The notes: generated from the sequence alone by a model not told the origin. DNA of 64,000 bases from an uncultured Methanoregulaceae archaeon (GCA_963701095.1 OY969564.1:608001-672000); one strand, 5' to 3'. Shown: positions 23,093-35,237, counted from the first letter of the stretch. Numbers and translations: made by a program.

Positions 23093-24547
23093 ATGGGAGT
23101 CTTTGAGAAGATCCTGAAAAAGACGGCAATTGATCCCGAGTCAATGTATCTTAAGGCGGAAGAATTCTGTCGTCAGGGGTATTATCTCGACGCTATTGAT
23201 ATTCTCGACAAACTGATGACCGCAGATCCTCTCAATGCCCATACTTCACGTCTTAAAGGCTATGCACTATACCAGATCGGGTCGTTTGAAGAGGCGCTGC
23301 AATATTTTGACCAGGCACTTAGCATTGACCCTAATCTCCCTGATGCACTTGTATATAAAGGGCTTATTTACTCAGGTTTTGGAAAACATACCCAGGCACT
23401 CACTCTCTATGAACGTGGACTTGTTATCCATCCCAACCTTATACAGGCTTGGTACGCAAAAGGTCTGACTCTTGCCATATTGCAAAAATATGATGAAGCC
23501 CTTCTTGCATATGAAAAAGTTCTCTATCTGGATCCAAGACACGTCGATGCTTTAATTGGCATCAGTGTCGCACGGAAGAAATGTGGGATGGTCCGGGTGG
23601 ATAAATCGCCAACAGACTCTTCGGCTAAAGAAACTATTCAGAACAAATCCGGCAGCGTTTCTCCTTTACCCGACAAGGCAAATCCGGTGAAAGTTTCAGT
23701 CGTTCCGGTACCCTCATTCCCCAGCCGGCCGGAATGCATTAAACTGGTAGCAGAGGCGCCTGATGCCGAACCTGTTATAAAAATACAAGAGAAACAAGGA
23801 TCAGTTTCGACGCACTCAAAACCCTTGTCGCTATCCAAACCTGTTGTCGCAAAATCCGAAATAAAAAAACCCGGTTCTCCAAAAAGCGTAGTGGAATTTG
23901 ACCGGATCAAAATAACTCCGAAAAATACCGAAAGTACCAGACACTCTCGTGAGACAATGGTTGTCCCTTCAGGTTTCTCTCAGAAATCTGCAGAAACGGA
24001 ACCAATTGATATCCCTGTTCCCGATTCCCCCCGGTGCAGTTCGTACAATGAAATAATTCGGGAAATGGAGAGAAATCCAGACGATGGAATGAATCTGGAC
24101 CAATTGCACATCCTCGGAGATCTCTATATGAAGACCGGGAGGTACAATGATGCGACCGAGCTTTTTGAACGCATCCTTGAAACTGAAAACGAGAACGCCC
24201 GTGCTTGGCAATTTCTGGGGGATGCTAGAAAGAAATCCGGCGTTTATGATGAAGCATTATTCGCGTATGAGAAATCGCTTGAAATCGAACCGGAAAATTC
24301 GCTTGTCTGGATAAATCGCGCAAAGGTCCTGGTTATGATGGAGAGACATGACGAAGCGATCATTTCGTGCAACAGGGCAATATCGTTGGATGACGTCTCG
24401 CTCGAGGCATGGCTCTATAAGGGATTTATTCTCAAAAAGACCCAGCGACGATCTGATGCTATCGCTGCCTATAACCGGGTGCTTGAACTCAACCCGGGTC
24501 ACGATCAGGCAGCTCGTCAGCTTAAAAACATAAAAGGGGGTGCCTGA
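23093..24547 (+). CDS. TPR-repeat protein (N- and C-terminal TPR blocks joined by a low-complexity linker)
   Basis: Repeated A/W..KG..L...Y.EA...Y...L..DP units. Confidence 0.85.
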   Translation: MGVFEKILKKTAIDPESMYLKAEEFCRQGYYLDAIDILDKLMTADPLNAHTSRLKGYALYQIGSFEEALQYFDQALSIDPNLPDALVYKGLIYSGFGKHTQALTLYERGLVIHPNLIQAWYAKGLTLAILQKYDEALLAYEKVLYLDPRHVDALIGISVARKKCGMVRVDKSPTDSSAKETIQNKSGSVSPLPDKANPVKVSVVPVPSFPSRPECIKLVAEAPDAEPVIKIQEKQGSVSTHSKPLSLSKPVVAKSEIKKPGSPKSVVEFDRIKITPKNTESTRHSRETMVVPSGFSQKSAETEPIDIPVPDSPRCSSYNEIIREMERNPDDGMNLDQLHILGDLYMKTGRYNDATELFERILETENENARAWQFLGDARKKSGVYDEALFAYEKSLEIEPENSLVWINRAKVLVMMERHDEAIISCNRAISLDDVSLEAWLYKGFILKKTQRRSDAIAAYNRVLELNPGHDQAARQLKNIKGGA

Positions 24548-24726
24548 ACCAAAAAAAGAAGATCCTACATGTATCCGTTTTCCATGTTATCTGCATTAAA
24601 AGATCTTTTAATTCGTTTTTATCCGGCAGAAATCGATATTCAGGCAATTGCGTGATCTTGATTTCGTTTAATGCTTGCTTTTCCGATGTAAAAGTTAATC
24701 CCCGACCAAACGAAAGAGATTTTGAG

Positions 24727-25119
24727 ATGCAGCAGATACCTGAAAATAAAAAAATGCAAAAGTCCGAGCCCGATTTCCGGTACAAACAGTGCCTTATCAT
24801 GAGAAATGACGTGAAAATGAGCTGTGGAAAGAAATGTGCACAGGCAGCACACGCATCCATCGGGGCTTTTGAAAGTGCTGATAAAACAGTCCGCAAAGCC
24901 TGGCAGGCAGAAGGACAGAAGAAAGTTGTTCTTAAAGCGGACAGCGAACGGGTTCTTTTTGAGATCAAGGTTATTGCGGAGCGTGCCGGTATATCCACAT
25001 CACTTATCCAGGATGCAGGGATGACCGAAATCCCCCCCGGCACGATCACTGCGCTTGGTCTTGGACCGGCAAAATCCGAAGACCTTGATAAGATTACCGG
25101 ATCGCTTTCGCTTTTATGA
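24727..25119 (+). CDS. pth2: Peptidyl-tRNA hydrolase Pth2
   Basis: KQCLIMRND.KMSCGK.CAQAAHAS, GQKKVVLK, DAGMTEIPPGT.T.LG.GP. Confidence 0.93.
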   Translation: MQQIPENKKMQKSEPDFRYKQCLIMRNDVKMSCGKKCAQAAHASIGAFESADKTVRKAWQAEGQKKVVLKADSERVLFEIKVIAERAGISTSLIQDAGMTEIPPGTITALGLGPAKSEDLDKITGSLSLL

Positions 25120-26385
25120 TGGAAAGTCCGTTTGATCTTGAACGTGAGCTGGGGATGCAGTATTATGCCACAATTACCCCGGGCATTGGTGGAGCCCTCC
25201 GGACTGCTCCGGAAGATTTCATTGTCGAGGAGATCTCCCTTGAGAAAAAGGACACATCCGGACCGTACCTCATCTGCCGGCTTACAAAATCCAACTGGGA
25301 ACTCCAGCATGCAGTAAAGGAAATATCCCGCAGGCTTGGGGTGAGCCACCGACGTATTGGCTGGGCTGGCACCAAGGACAGAAATGCCCGGACCACGCAG
25401 TTGATTTCACTCTATAAGGTCACTGCAGAAGAGATCTCTGCACTACATATAAAGGACATCGCCCTGGAACCGGTCGGGATTGCAAACGAACAGCTTTCCC
25501 TTGGTGATCTCGCGGGAAACCGGTTTGATATTCGGATCCGGGATGCAGATCCCGAGGATCTCGCTTTAAGGGTGGCCGAGGTGACAGACACGGCAGCCAC
25601 AGCCCTGCCAAATTATTTCGGTCTCCAGCGTTTCGGCGTTGTCCGTCCCCTGACGCATAGAGTGGGCGAGCTGAATCCTCCACGGCGAGTATGAACTGGC
25701 AGTCGCCACGTATGTTGGCAAGGCATTTCCCTACGAGAAAGATGATGTCCAGAGGGCCAGAACCGCATTCTGGGAGTCCCGGGACCCGGCAATTGCCCTT
25801 CGTGAACTTCCGGTACAGATGTCATTTGAACGTTCAATGCTTTCTCATCTCCAGTCGCGTCCGGGAGATTATGCCGGAGCCCTCCGGCAGCTGCCACCTA
25901 AGCTTCTTTCCATGTTTGTTTCAGCGTTCCAGTCATACCTTTTTAACTGCGCCCTCTCTTACCGGCTTTCTGAGGGAATTGGCTTGACAGAACCGGTGCC
26001 CGGCGACCATTTGATCTTTGCAAACGGTCGCACCGACACTGTTACACAACAAAATATCCCCGCTGTATCCCTTCACCTGGCCCGGGGAAGATGTAACATT
26101 GCGCTCTTTATGCCGGGAAAGGATGATCCGGCTACTGTCAATTGTAATGATGCCACAAGATCCATGCTCAACGATCTTGGAATAACATCCGAAGATTTCC
26201 GCCGCGCATCGGTATTTGTCCAGACAAAATTTGACGGCGCATGGCGCCCGATTGCCATGAAAACTGACATCCAGGCTTCTGTTGAAGGAACATGCGTACA
26301 CTTGGCATTTTCCCTGCCTCCGGGCCATTATGCAACCACGGTCTGCCGGGAATATATGAAAACCGATCCAATCCGGATGGTATAG
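25116..26385 (+). CDS. truD: tRNA pseudouridine(13) synthase (one probable sequencing frameshift near 25675)
   Basis: PEDFIVEE, AGTKD, GNRF, NYFGLQRFG, AFQSYLFN and FSLPPGHYAT motifs. Confidence 0.92.
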
Positions 26386-26468
26386 ATTATTTTTCTTTAC
26401 TAAATATGGAACTCATGATCCCTGCTCATCTAAGCAGTGGATCATCCCAAAAAGAGAACCGGGTACTG

Positions 26469-27272
26469 TTATTTCCGCTGCTCAGTAAGCTGCTGTGCAC
26501 CTGCGATTGCGTCATTAAGGTTACCCAGCTGGTCGACCAGATTGATCTTCAGGGCGTCCGCACCCCGGATAACTCGGCCATCCTGGATATCCGACCGTGC
26601 TATCATACGCTGTGTCGTTACATCTGTAATGAATTCTTCAAAACTCTCATTAACAATCTGTTGGGCATATGTTTGTTCATCAGGAGTTAAAGCACGAGAC
26701 GTTGTGCCCATATCTTTGAAGGCCCCGGATTTAACATCCGTGATATTGTAGCCCTCCTGGTTCAACCACCCGCTTATATCCGTAAACGTCCAGATAACAC
26801 CGACTGCCCCGGTCAATGTATCAGGATCTGCGTAAATCTTGTTTGCATGGGCACTTACATAGTATGCGGCCGATGTGTCAATGTCTCCCATCGAGACTAC
26901 TACCGGTTTCTTGGTTTTTGCATACTCCATATCGCCGATAATTTCTTCTGCTGCTGCAGGTGTCCCTCCCGGGCTATCTACACGGAGAACAATAGCGTTG
27001 ACAGTGGGGTCATCAGCAGCCTCGCGGATCTGATTGCCTACGTATTCGCTTCCAACTCCCTCGTCAGTGGAGAAATCCCCGGTCGAAAGTGTTCCTTCCA
27101 TTCGGATGACTTTCACACCGGCATGGGTGTTGGCTGTGAAAAAATACACAACCGCAAAAACGCCAATCACAAGGAAAAGACCGGCGAGAATGATCAACAA
27201 CCACTTCATGCCGACCCGGTGCGATGGCGGGGCCGGTATAGTCATTGCAGGGTATATATCTGGAATTTCCAT
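26469..27272 (-). CDS. sppA: Signal peptide peptidase (S49)
   Basis: LRVDSPGG, KPVVVSMG..TSAAYY, KSGAFKD. N-terminal TM. Confidence 0.88.
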   Translation of the reverse strand: MEIPDIYPAMTIPAPPSHRVGMKWLLIILAGLFLVIGVFAVVYFFTANTHAGVKVIRMEGTLSTGDFSTDEGVGSEYVGNQIREAADDPTVNAIVLRVDSPGGTPAAAEEIIGDMEYAKTKKPVVVSMGDIDTSAAYYVSAHANKIYADPDTLTGAVGVIWTFTDISGWLNQEGYNITDVKSGAFKDMGTTSRALTPDEQTYAQQIVNESFEEFITDVTTQRMIARSDIQDGRVIRGADALKINLVDQLGNLNDAIAGAQQLTEQRK

Positions 27273-27284
27273 AAGGGTGTGCTC

Positions 27285-27965
27285 TCAGGTATACAGCACA
27301 TCAAACTCTGAAACGAGGTTGCTGCCGCACATATAATATTTTTTGAGATTTAACCTGATCATCTCGTTTTCGGTATTGATATGCATTCCGCCTACGAGGG
27401 AAGGCGTATCAGATCCTCCGACAATAAACGGTAGGTGGATAAGTCGTATTTCATCAACAAGCTTTTCATGAAGCATATGCCAGTTAAGCGTCGGGCCTCC
27501 TTCTATCATCAGTTTTTTAATCCCGAAATCATCGTGAAGGATTTGCATAAGGACTGAAAGATTGACATGATCCTTTCCAGCAGAGACTACAGTCGCACCT
27601 TTGTTTTTAATTGCAGCAACCCGGTCTTTAGGGGCACGTTCTGAAACTGCGATTAATGTCGGCGCATCAGTACCAAGCACATTTGCATCGAGAGGGATAT
27701 CCGCCAAACTACACGGAATGACCCGGAGCGGACTCTTGCCCGGAACAAACCTGACAGTCAGAAAGGAATTGTCGATCCGTATTGTATTTGCCCCAACCAT
27801 GATCGCGTCGTAAGCAGCTCGTGTTTCATGAAGGAGGATTTCAGTTTCGTGCGCCATATATTTCATCAGGATCTTGCTGGAGGCTCCTTTTTTTAAGGTA
27901 AGCTTGCCATCAGCTGTGATCTCGGACATCATCAATACATGCGGACGGATCGTTGCTGCTGCCAT
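27285..27965 (-). CDS. RibD C-terminal (DHFR-fold) reductase, pyrimidinone 5'-phosphate reductase family
   Basis: TADGKL, DAIMVGANTI..DN..LTVR and LMIEGGPTLN motifs. Confidence 0.8.
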   Translation of the reverse strand: MAAATIRPHVLMMSEITADGKLTLKKGASSKILMKYMAHETEILLHETRAAYDAIMVGANTIRIDNSFLTVRFVPGKSPLRVIPCSLADIPLDANVLGTDAPTLIAVSERAPKDRVAAIKNKGATVVSAGKDHVNLSVLMQILHDDFGIKKLMIEGGPTLNWHMLHEKLVDEIRLIHLPFIVGGSDTPSLVGGMHINTENEMIRLNLKKYYMCGSNLVSEFDVLYT

Positions 27966-28107
27966 TGCAATCAACTCTTTTGCTTTATTGGACGTGTGAC
28001 GTAAAAAATATGGTGATTACTGGAAGGCAATATAGAACAGGCTGAAAGATTATATGGCCGGAGTCATCCCGCAACTATTAATAGTTCGTATTTCTACGAT
28101 GTGAGGA

Positions 28108-28770
28108 ATGAATATTACCGCTCTGATAACACGGGTCAAACGCGTCTCGAACCAATTGCGGGGGTCTTTATCCGGGGTGCTGTATTAATACCAACCCGTG
28201 TTGGTTCTTTACCCTTATCGCGGGGATTTCCGCGGTAGTTCTTTTTATGGAATGTTTGTTCCTTGTTGAAAGCCTGTTTTATCCCTTTCTGCAATTTCCG
28301 ATTTCATAGATGGCAGTATAGTCCAGCGTACCAACTCCCCAACAAAATTCGGTGCGGTCTTTGACTGGATCGGTGATAAATATGTTGATGTCCTGGTGAT
28401 CCTCGGGATGGGTCTTTCCGAAATTCCTGTCCTGAGTGGAATCCTTCCGGTCCCGATTTACCGCAGACTCGGCAATCACAGGTCTTGCCATTACCGGCTC
28501 ACTGATGAACACGTTTATCAAACCCGTTGTCTGCGCAGAAGTCGGGACCGGGAAAAAGTTGAAGGTAAAATTGACGACCTCTTCGAAGGTGTGGGTTTCT
28601 TTGGTCGCCCTGATACATTTCCTGTCCCGATTCTCGGCAAGGTCACCAAGTTTGTCTGGATATCCATAATCATTATCGCAATCTGCACAAACCTGTCGGC
28701 AATCCAGCGGATCCTATACCTTTATAGTATTCTTTCCCGACGATTATGCAGAATACTTTTACGCCACTAA
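28108..28770 (+). pseudogene. CDP-alcohol phosphatidyltransferase (archaetidylinositol-phosphate synthase-like), disrupted 5' third
   Basis: Starts MNITAL, then several frame breaks and stops up to about 28270. Then DFIDGSIVQRTNSPTKFGAVFDWIGDKYVD, a D..DG...G...D...D motif with AR replaced by VQ. Confidence 0.65.
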
Positions 28771-28828
28771 ATTCACGCCATCAATAGTCTTCCTGCCACC
28801 ATCGTGCATAACAGAAAATTCTGAAAAC

Positions 28829-29722
28829 CTATGTTTTCGGGGGTTGGAGTTCGTCGCAGCCGAGGTTATGCACTGTTGCTTGCTCATGATCCGGCTTATG
28901 GTGCCACCTCCTCCGGATCAGGTCAAATTCACGTATGACCTCACCATAATATAACTGGTACAGGTCATCAGCAAAAGAACCGAGCTGAGGAATGAGCGTA
29001 AAGAGGCCGAACGCGATTATGATAAGGGCCACGAGCGCCAGCATCTCTGCGATTACGTTATGTGCCCAGAAGAAGCTCTCATATCCGATCTCACCATTCC
29101 CCGCTATTTCAGTCCAGTACGGGAACCATTGGCCAGTGTAAGCCATGATCACAAAGACGTTCCGAAAAAGGTTAAGGATGTAGATGGTTGGAGCAACAAT
29201 AAGAAATGCAGATATTTTCTGTCTCAATGTTGTTGGAACTGCGGCGGCAACACCGATCATGATCGCGATGCTCTGAATTCCGGTACAGGCCAGAATAATT
29301 TCAACACGGTATCCGTTCTGGGCGATTATATTCCACGCATCAAGATGGACCGGGTAATTGAATATCTGGAGCAGCCATAGAACTTCGTTTACAACGCTCA
29401 AAATAAGCCAGTTGCCAGCGATGGAGAGGTACGCGAATGGTGCATAAATCAGGAACGCAACTGCTGCAGCCCTGGTAAGATGCATAACCGTGTTGTTCTC
29501 ATCAATCAGGTATCGTACAGTAATTAGCAGGAATGGAACAGAAAGCGCAGCCATGATGGGGTAAAGAAAATTGCTTTCCGAGAAATATTCCGGCAAATCG
29601 AAAAAGAGGAAAGCAACGATGAAGATCCAACCGATAATTGCTGCATACTTCCTATGGGGACCGGGGATCAGGGACACCAGAAATCCGATACAGGATATCA
29701 GGACCAGATACTCGATCATCAC
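28829..29722 (-). CDS. artA: Archaeosortase A
   Basis: Multi-TM protein with IILACTGIQSI (catalytic Cys), LNLFRN (Arg) and FFWAHN. Confidence 0.85.
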   Translation of the reverse strand: MMIEYLVLISCIGFLVSLIPGPHRKYAAIIGWIFIVAFLFFDLPEYFSESNFLYPIMAALSVPFLLITVRYLIDENNTVMHLTRAAAVAFLIYAPFAYLSIAGNWLILSVVNEVLWLLQIFNYPVHLDAWNIIAQNGYRVEIILACTGIQSIAIMIGVAAAVPTTLRQKISAFLIVAPTIYILNLFRNVFVIMAYTGQWFPYWTEIAGNGEIGYESFFWAHNVIAEMLALVALIIIAFGLFTLIPQLGSFADDLYQLYYGEVIREFDLIRRRWHHKPDHEQATVHNLGCDELQPPKT

Positions 29723-29888
29723 TTAGCTGTTAAGCGTCTAATCAAAAAAAGGATTCTCCCTTGACATATCGTTTATCGGGGGATAAACCCGTTCGATGCC
29801 TTTTGTGGGAAAGCAATGATATAACACAATCCGTAAGATTAGCTGGATAATCACTTTAATCTTGTAGCATGATCCATACTGTTATCCG

Positions 29889-30203
29889 ATGTTTTGCCCG
29901 GAATGCAAGAGTATGCTGATGTCCTCTGGCGGCCAGCTCAAATGCCGCAAATGTGGGTATGTCAGAAAGATTGAGTCCTCTGAACGCATGACGCGCGAAA
30001 AAAAGCGCACGGAAAACGAGATCACCATCGTTGACGATGAAGACGACAAAGTAAAAACGATGCCCACGATCCAGATCAAGTGCCCAAAATGCGAAAACAA
30101 CCTTGCCATCTGGTGGCTCCGTCAGCTCCGTGCCGCTGATGAAAGTGAGGTGCGGTTCTTCCGGTGTACCGAGTGTGGCCATACCTGGCGGCAATACGAT
30201 TAG
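29889..30203 (+). CDS. tfs: Transcription factor S (RpoM/TFIIS-like)
   Basis: MFCPEC..CRKC, CPKC, QLRAADE and FFRCTECGHTWR. Confidence 0.95.
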   Translation: MFCPECKSMLMSSGGQLKCRKCGYVRKIESSERMTREKKRTENEITIVDDEDDKVKTMPTIQIKCPKCENNLAIWWLRQLRAADESEVRFFRCTECGHTWRQYD

Positions 30204-30586
30204 GCAAAAATCAAACTTTTAAAATCCGTTTTTTAAAATCTCAAAAAATATTTGTCCGATTCTTTATACTAGGAAAAGACGTGTCGATAAAATTGAAAGC
30301 TGTCGAATCAGAACAAGACTCTTGTATTTATTTCATTTTTATTATACATCCCTTCGAAGACGGAAAAAATTGGGATCCCTTGCATACAACCAGGCATATA
30401 CATTTTTGACAGGAGAATCTTCCACATTCCTACAATATCGCAACGAAACCATATTCCACAAAATATTTTGGCCAAAATCAGCATTTTAATCACCAAAAAG
30501 CAATTTTTGCAAATAACAGAAGAGGATAAAAAGAAGCAATTCATTACGGTGATTGTTGGAGGATGCCAACATAATGGAGAAGAGGT

Positions 30587-30739
30587 ATGACACAAATGAC
30601 TAAAGTATCACGAATATTAGCATTGTTAATAGGAGTTATTGCGATCGTATTATCGTTAGCAAAGTTTTTCCCTCTGTCTAATGATGGACTTATAATATCT
30701 GCTTTTCTGGCGTGTTGGGGACTTGACGCGCTAATTTAA
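30587..30739 (+). CDS. Putative 50-aa two-TM membrane protein (below the ORF-track cutoff)
   Basis: MTQMTKVSRILALLIGVIAIVLSLAKFFPLSNDGLIISAFLACWGLDALI*, preceded by GGAGAAGAGGT. Confidence 0.4.
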   Translation: MTQMTKVSRILALLIGVIAIVLSLAKFFPLSNDGLIISAFLACWGLDALI

Positions 30740-30852
30740 GTTAAAATTTTTTATTTCCGTAGAAACCTTTTAACTCATTAAGAACCGCAAAAAGTAGCAT
30801 TAATCTTGGGAGGTTCTACATAACGTTGGCGAAAAAAGAGAGCGTGAAAAAA

Positions 30853-32915
30853 TCAAAGCAGTCCCGGTGCCTTGACACGGTACATCTGCCACAGAACACG
30901 GCCCATAACACGATAGGTGAAATCGAGTTCGTCAAAGCTGGGAATACCGTGCTCCTTGAGCATCTCGCGCCCGATGTTCATCGAATCGCCGCCGAGCAGT
31001 GTTGCGATCAGCCTGTTTTCTGTCCGCTCTGAGAATTTGAGAATCTGTTTTGCCATCTGTTCTGATGAGAGCACAAGGTTGGGGAATCCGATAATAAACG
31101 CCATATCCCAGAGATCGCCGTGTTTTGCGAGCACTTCAAATGTCTTTTCAAAGCGTTTCTCCGTGGCATCGCCTAGAAGGTCAAGAGGATTTCCCTTGTT
31201 CCAGAATTCGGGAAGAAACTCGTTGAGCTCGTCAATGACCGTTATGGGAAGATCGACGATTTCAATACCGTACCGTTCGGCATAGTCAGAAGAAAGAACA
31301 GCAAACCCACCGGCATTGGTAATTACAACCGCACGCTTCCCCTTGGGGTACCGCTTGGGATGGGCAAGCACCTGTGCTGCAAGAAACGCTCCGGTCAGGG
31401 TATGGACCGCGATAACCCCGGACTTACGGAATGCTTCCATATACACCTCGTACGAGCCGGAAAGAGATCCTGTGTGGGAAGAGGCAGCAGCCTGGCCCCG
31501 GCGTGAAGAGCCGGATTTGATCGCGATGACCGGCTTTGACTTAGCCACTTCGGCAACAACGTCCATAAACGCTTTGCCGTCGTTGATCTGTTCAATGTAC
31601 ATAATAATGGCTTTTGTTTTGGCATCTTTTTCCACGTATCTCAGGTAATCAAGAAAGTCAAGATCGCACTGGTTGCCGACCGAGATGACGTTGGAAAATC
31701 CGATATTCTTTGCAAGGCTCCAATCAACGACCGTGTTAATAATAGCTCCGCTCTGGGAGATGAACGCAATATTTCCGGGCTTTGGTGACTGATGTACGTA
31801 TGTAGTGTCAATACCACGTGGTGGAATGATCACACCAAGACAGTTTGGTCCGATAATACGCGTCCCGTGGCCCCGAGCAATTGCGACAACACGATCCTCA
31901 AGTGCCTTGCCATCAGGCCCCATTTCCTTAAATCCGGCGGTAATGATAATGACCATCGGAACGCCTTTTGCCCCGCATTCCTCAACTACGCTTGGAACAT
32001 GAATAGCAGGGACGGTGATAACAGCCAGATCGACCGGGGCAGGAATTGCCGTAATCGTTGGATATGCTTTGAGCCCCTGGATCTCTGACCGTTTGTTGTT
32101 AACCGGGTATAATTGTCCCGGAAAATGGAGGAGGTTGTGCATAACCGCGTACCCCATTTTTGATGAGTCCTGAGATGCACCGATAACAGCGATTGAACGG
32201 GGCGTGAAATATTCTATTGGTACAGGTAGCCGGTCTTTAGGTTCTGGTTTATGGATGAGCTCCGAAACAATAACTCTTGCATCCACGGCACAGGCACCGG
32301 ATTCGTACAACCGGAGTGGGTTAACGTCAAACTCAACAATATGCTCATTTTCCAGGAAGAAGCGGCTGACATTGGCAATGATCTTTACAAGTGTCTCCTC
32401 ATCACGGGGTTTTGCACCCCGGTAACCTGCAATTAACGGATATGCATTGATCTCGTGGATCATCTGCCGGATTTCAGCCTCAGTCACCGGCAGGATGCGC
32501 AGCGTTATATCCTTCATGAGTTCCACCATTGTTCCACCCATGCCAAAGGTGATTACCTTGCCAAAAGCCGGATCAGTTCGCCCTCCGATAATCAGCTCAA
32601 GGCCGGGTTCTGCCTGCTGCTCGACCATGACCCCGTCAATCTGCGCTTCCCCATTGTAGGCCTTTGCGTTATCGATGATCTTGGTAAATGCGCCCAATGC
32701 AGCCTTCCTACTGCCGATACCGACCATCACGCCTCCCGCATCACTCTTGTGAACAATCTGCGGGGATATGATCTTCATCACCACCGGGCATCCCATCTTC
32801 TCGGCCGCAATAGCCGCATCCTCACCATTCTTGACGATCTGGTACTGGGGACCGGGATCTCGTATTTTCTTAAAATGTCATATCCTTCCGCTTCTGAGAG
32901 CATCTTCTGGGTCAA
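30853..32915 (-). CDS. acd: ADP-forming acetate--CoA ligase, fused beta-alpha type (one probable sequencing frameshift near 32848)
   Basis: MLSEAEGYDIL, PVVMKIISPQIVHKSDAGGV (ATP-grasp), SIAVIGAS, IIGPNCLG, SQSG, SSHTGS (phospho-His) and TNAGG. Confidence 0.88.
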
Positions 32916-33188
32916 ATGTTCACCTCGAATCATGAGTAAGGGGATTTCAACTTTTAGTTTCCCCGGATAAATCTGGCGTACAGGAAAAAGGCCCTTAAAA
33001 GGACGCGGCTGCACACCCCTGTTTCATTATGTGATAACAAATTTGGCGAGACCTCATTTAAATGTGCTGAATTGTAAGTAATGCGCGATATAGGATAAAC
33101 GGGCAGATATTTGGGCGAATTTTCCCATTCTAACCGCAAAGATTAACTTTGATTCATCATTATTGATAATGTAGATTAAAGGTGCATT

Positions 33189-35083
33189 ATGGGTAAAAGC
33201 GCAGATGACGGAAAAGGGTCCGGCTATTATACACCGGACCCATCATACCGTGTGCACAGCTGGATGGGTGATTATACCTGGACCTACAATGAATTTGTCA
33301 AGGATCCGGAAAAATTCTGGGATCATATCGCCCAGAAGCTTCACTGGTTTTCTCCCTATGACAAGGTCAGTGAATGGCAGTACCCGTATGCGAAATGGTT
33401 CGTGAACGGTAAGACCAACATCACCTATAACTGTCTCGACCGGCATGTACTCGGAGACCGGCGTAATAAGGTGGCACTGATCTGGAAAGGTGAGTTTCCC
33501 GAGGAAGAACGGGTCTTCACGTACCGCCAGCTGTACCGTGAGGTACAGCGGTTCGCAAACGGTCTCAAAAAACTCGGTGTCACGAAGGGCGACCGGGTCT
33601 GCATCTATATGCCGGTCATCCCCGAACAGATCATCGCCATGCTCGCTTGTACCAGGATAGGCGCGATACATTCGGTGGTTTTCGGGGGATACGGTGCTGC
33701 AGCCCTCAACCAGCGGATCGTAGGTGCAGGCGCAAAAATCGTTATAACCGCAGACATGGCGATTCGCCGGGGCAAAGCCATCCAGCTCAAAAACGTAATT
33801 GAAGAAGCTGTGATCAACGCTCCTACCGTTGAAACTCTCATTATTCTGCGCCGGGAACAGCGAACACCGGTTGAACTCCACAGCGAATTGGAAGTTGATT
33901 TCTATGAACTGATGGCTGACGTGGACTCCGACTGCCCGGCAGAAGTTATGGACTCCGAAGATCCGCTGTTCATTCTCTACACAAGCGGTACCACAGGCGC
34001 TCCCAAAGGCATTGTCCATACCTGTGGAGGCTATATGGTCGGAGCGTTCTATACAACCAAGTATATCTTCGATATCAAAGAGCACGATGTTTACTGGTGT
34101 ACGGCAGACCCCGGCTGGATCACCGGGCATACATACGTCGTCTACGGTCCGCTCTCCGTCGGTGCTACTATTCTTATTGCCGAAAATACCCCCGATTACC
34201 CGGACCGGGCACCTGGTGGAAAATCGTCGAGGAATATGGGGTTAATATTCTCTATACCGCACCTACCGCAATCCGGATGTTCATGAAACTGGGGCGAGAA
34301 TGGCCGGATAAATACAACCTCAGCAGCCTGCGGGTTCTGGGATCGGTCGGTGAACCGCTCAATCCTGAAGCTTTCGAATGGTTCTACCACGTGATAGGAA
34401 AGGACCGGTGCCCCATTGTCGATACCTGGTGGCAGACGGAGACAGGGATGCATATGGTGACAACCGTACTGGGAGAACCGATGCGGCCGGGTTACGTGGG
34501 TAAATCAATTCCCGGTGTTGTAGCCGATGTCGTCGATAAAGACGGCAAAAGTGTCGGTCCCGGGGAAAGCGGGTTCCTTGTGATCCGGCAGCCGTGGCCT
34601 GCGATGATGCGGACAATCTATAACAACGATGAACGATATCGCAAATACTGGGAAACCCTTCCCGGCTGCTACGTTGTTGGTGACCTCGCGATAAAAGGAG
34701 ATGACGGCTATATTATGGTGATCGGAAGATCCGACGACCTCATCATCGTCTCCGGCCACAACATCGGCACTGCAGAAGTGGAGAGTTCGCTTGTTTCCCA
34801 TAAGGCAGTCGCAGAAGCTGCAGTTATAGGAAAACCCGATCCGGTTAAGGGAAACACCATCAAAGCCTTTGTTACGCTCCGTGTCGGCCATACCCCAAGC
34901 GACAAACTCAAAAACGAACTTATCTATCACGTGCGAATCACGCTTGGCCCTATTGCCATGCCCTCGGAGATCGAGTTCACGGAATCGCTGCCTAAAACCC
35001 GTAGCGGTAAAATTGTCCGGCGTATCTTAAAAGCAAAAGAGATGGGCATGGATCCAGGCGACATCTCCACACTCGATGAATGA
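33189..35083 (+). CDS. acs: AMP-forming acetyl-CoA synthetase (one probable sequencing frameshift near 34206)
   Basis: [40 protein letters not shown] and PKTRSGKI. Confidence 0.93.
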
Positions 35084-35237
35084 GACCTGTATACCGGTCT
35101 CCCTGTTTTTCTTCGGTAATACCCGATGCCTTTTTATACAGTGCACCCCTTTCTTTATATGCTTTATATACGGGGACACCGATCCTAGGATCTCCCCGTC
35201 CTTAAAAAAATTGGGAAAAAGTAAAGGTGATGATACC

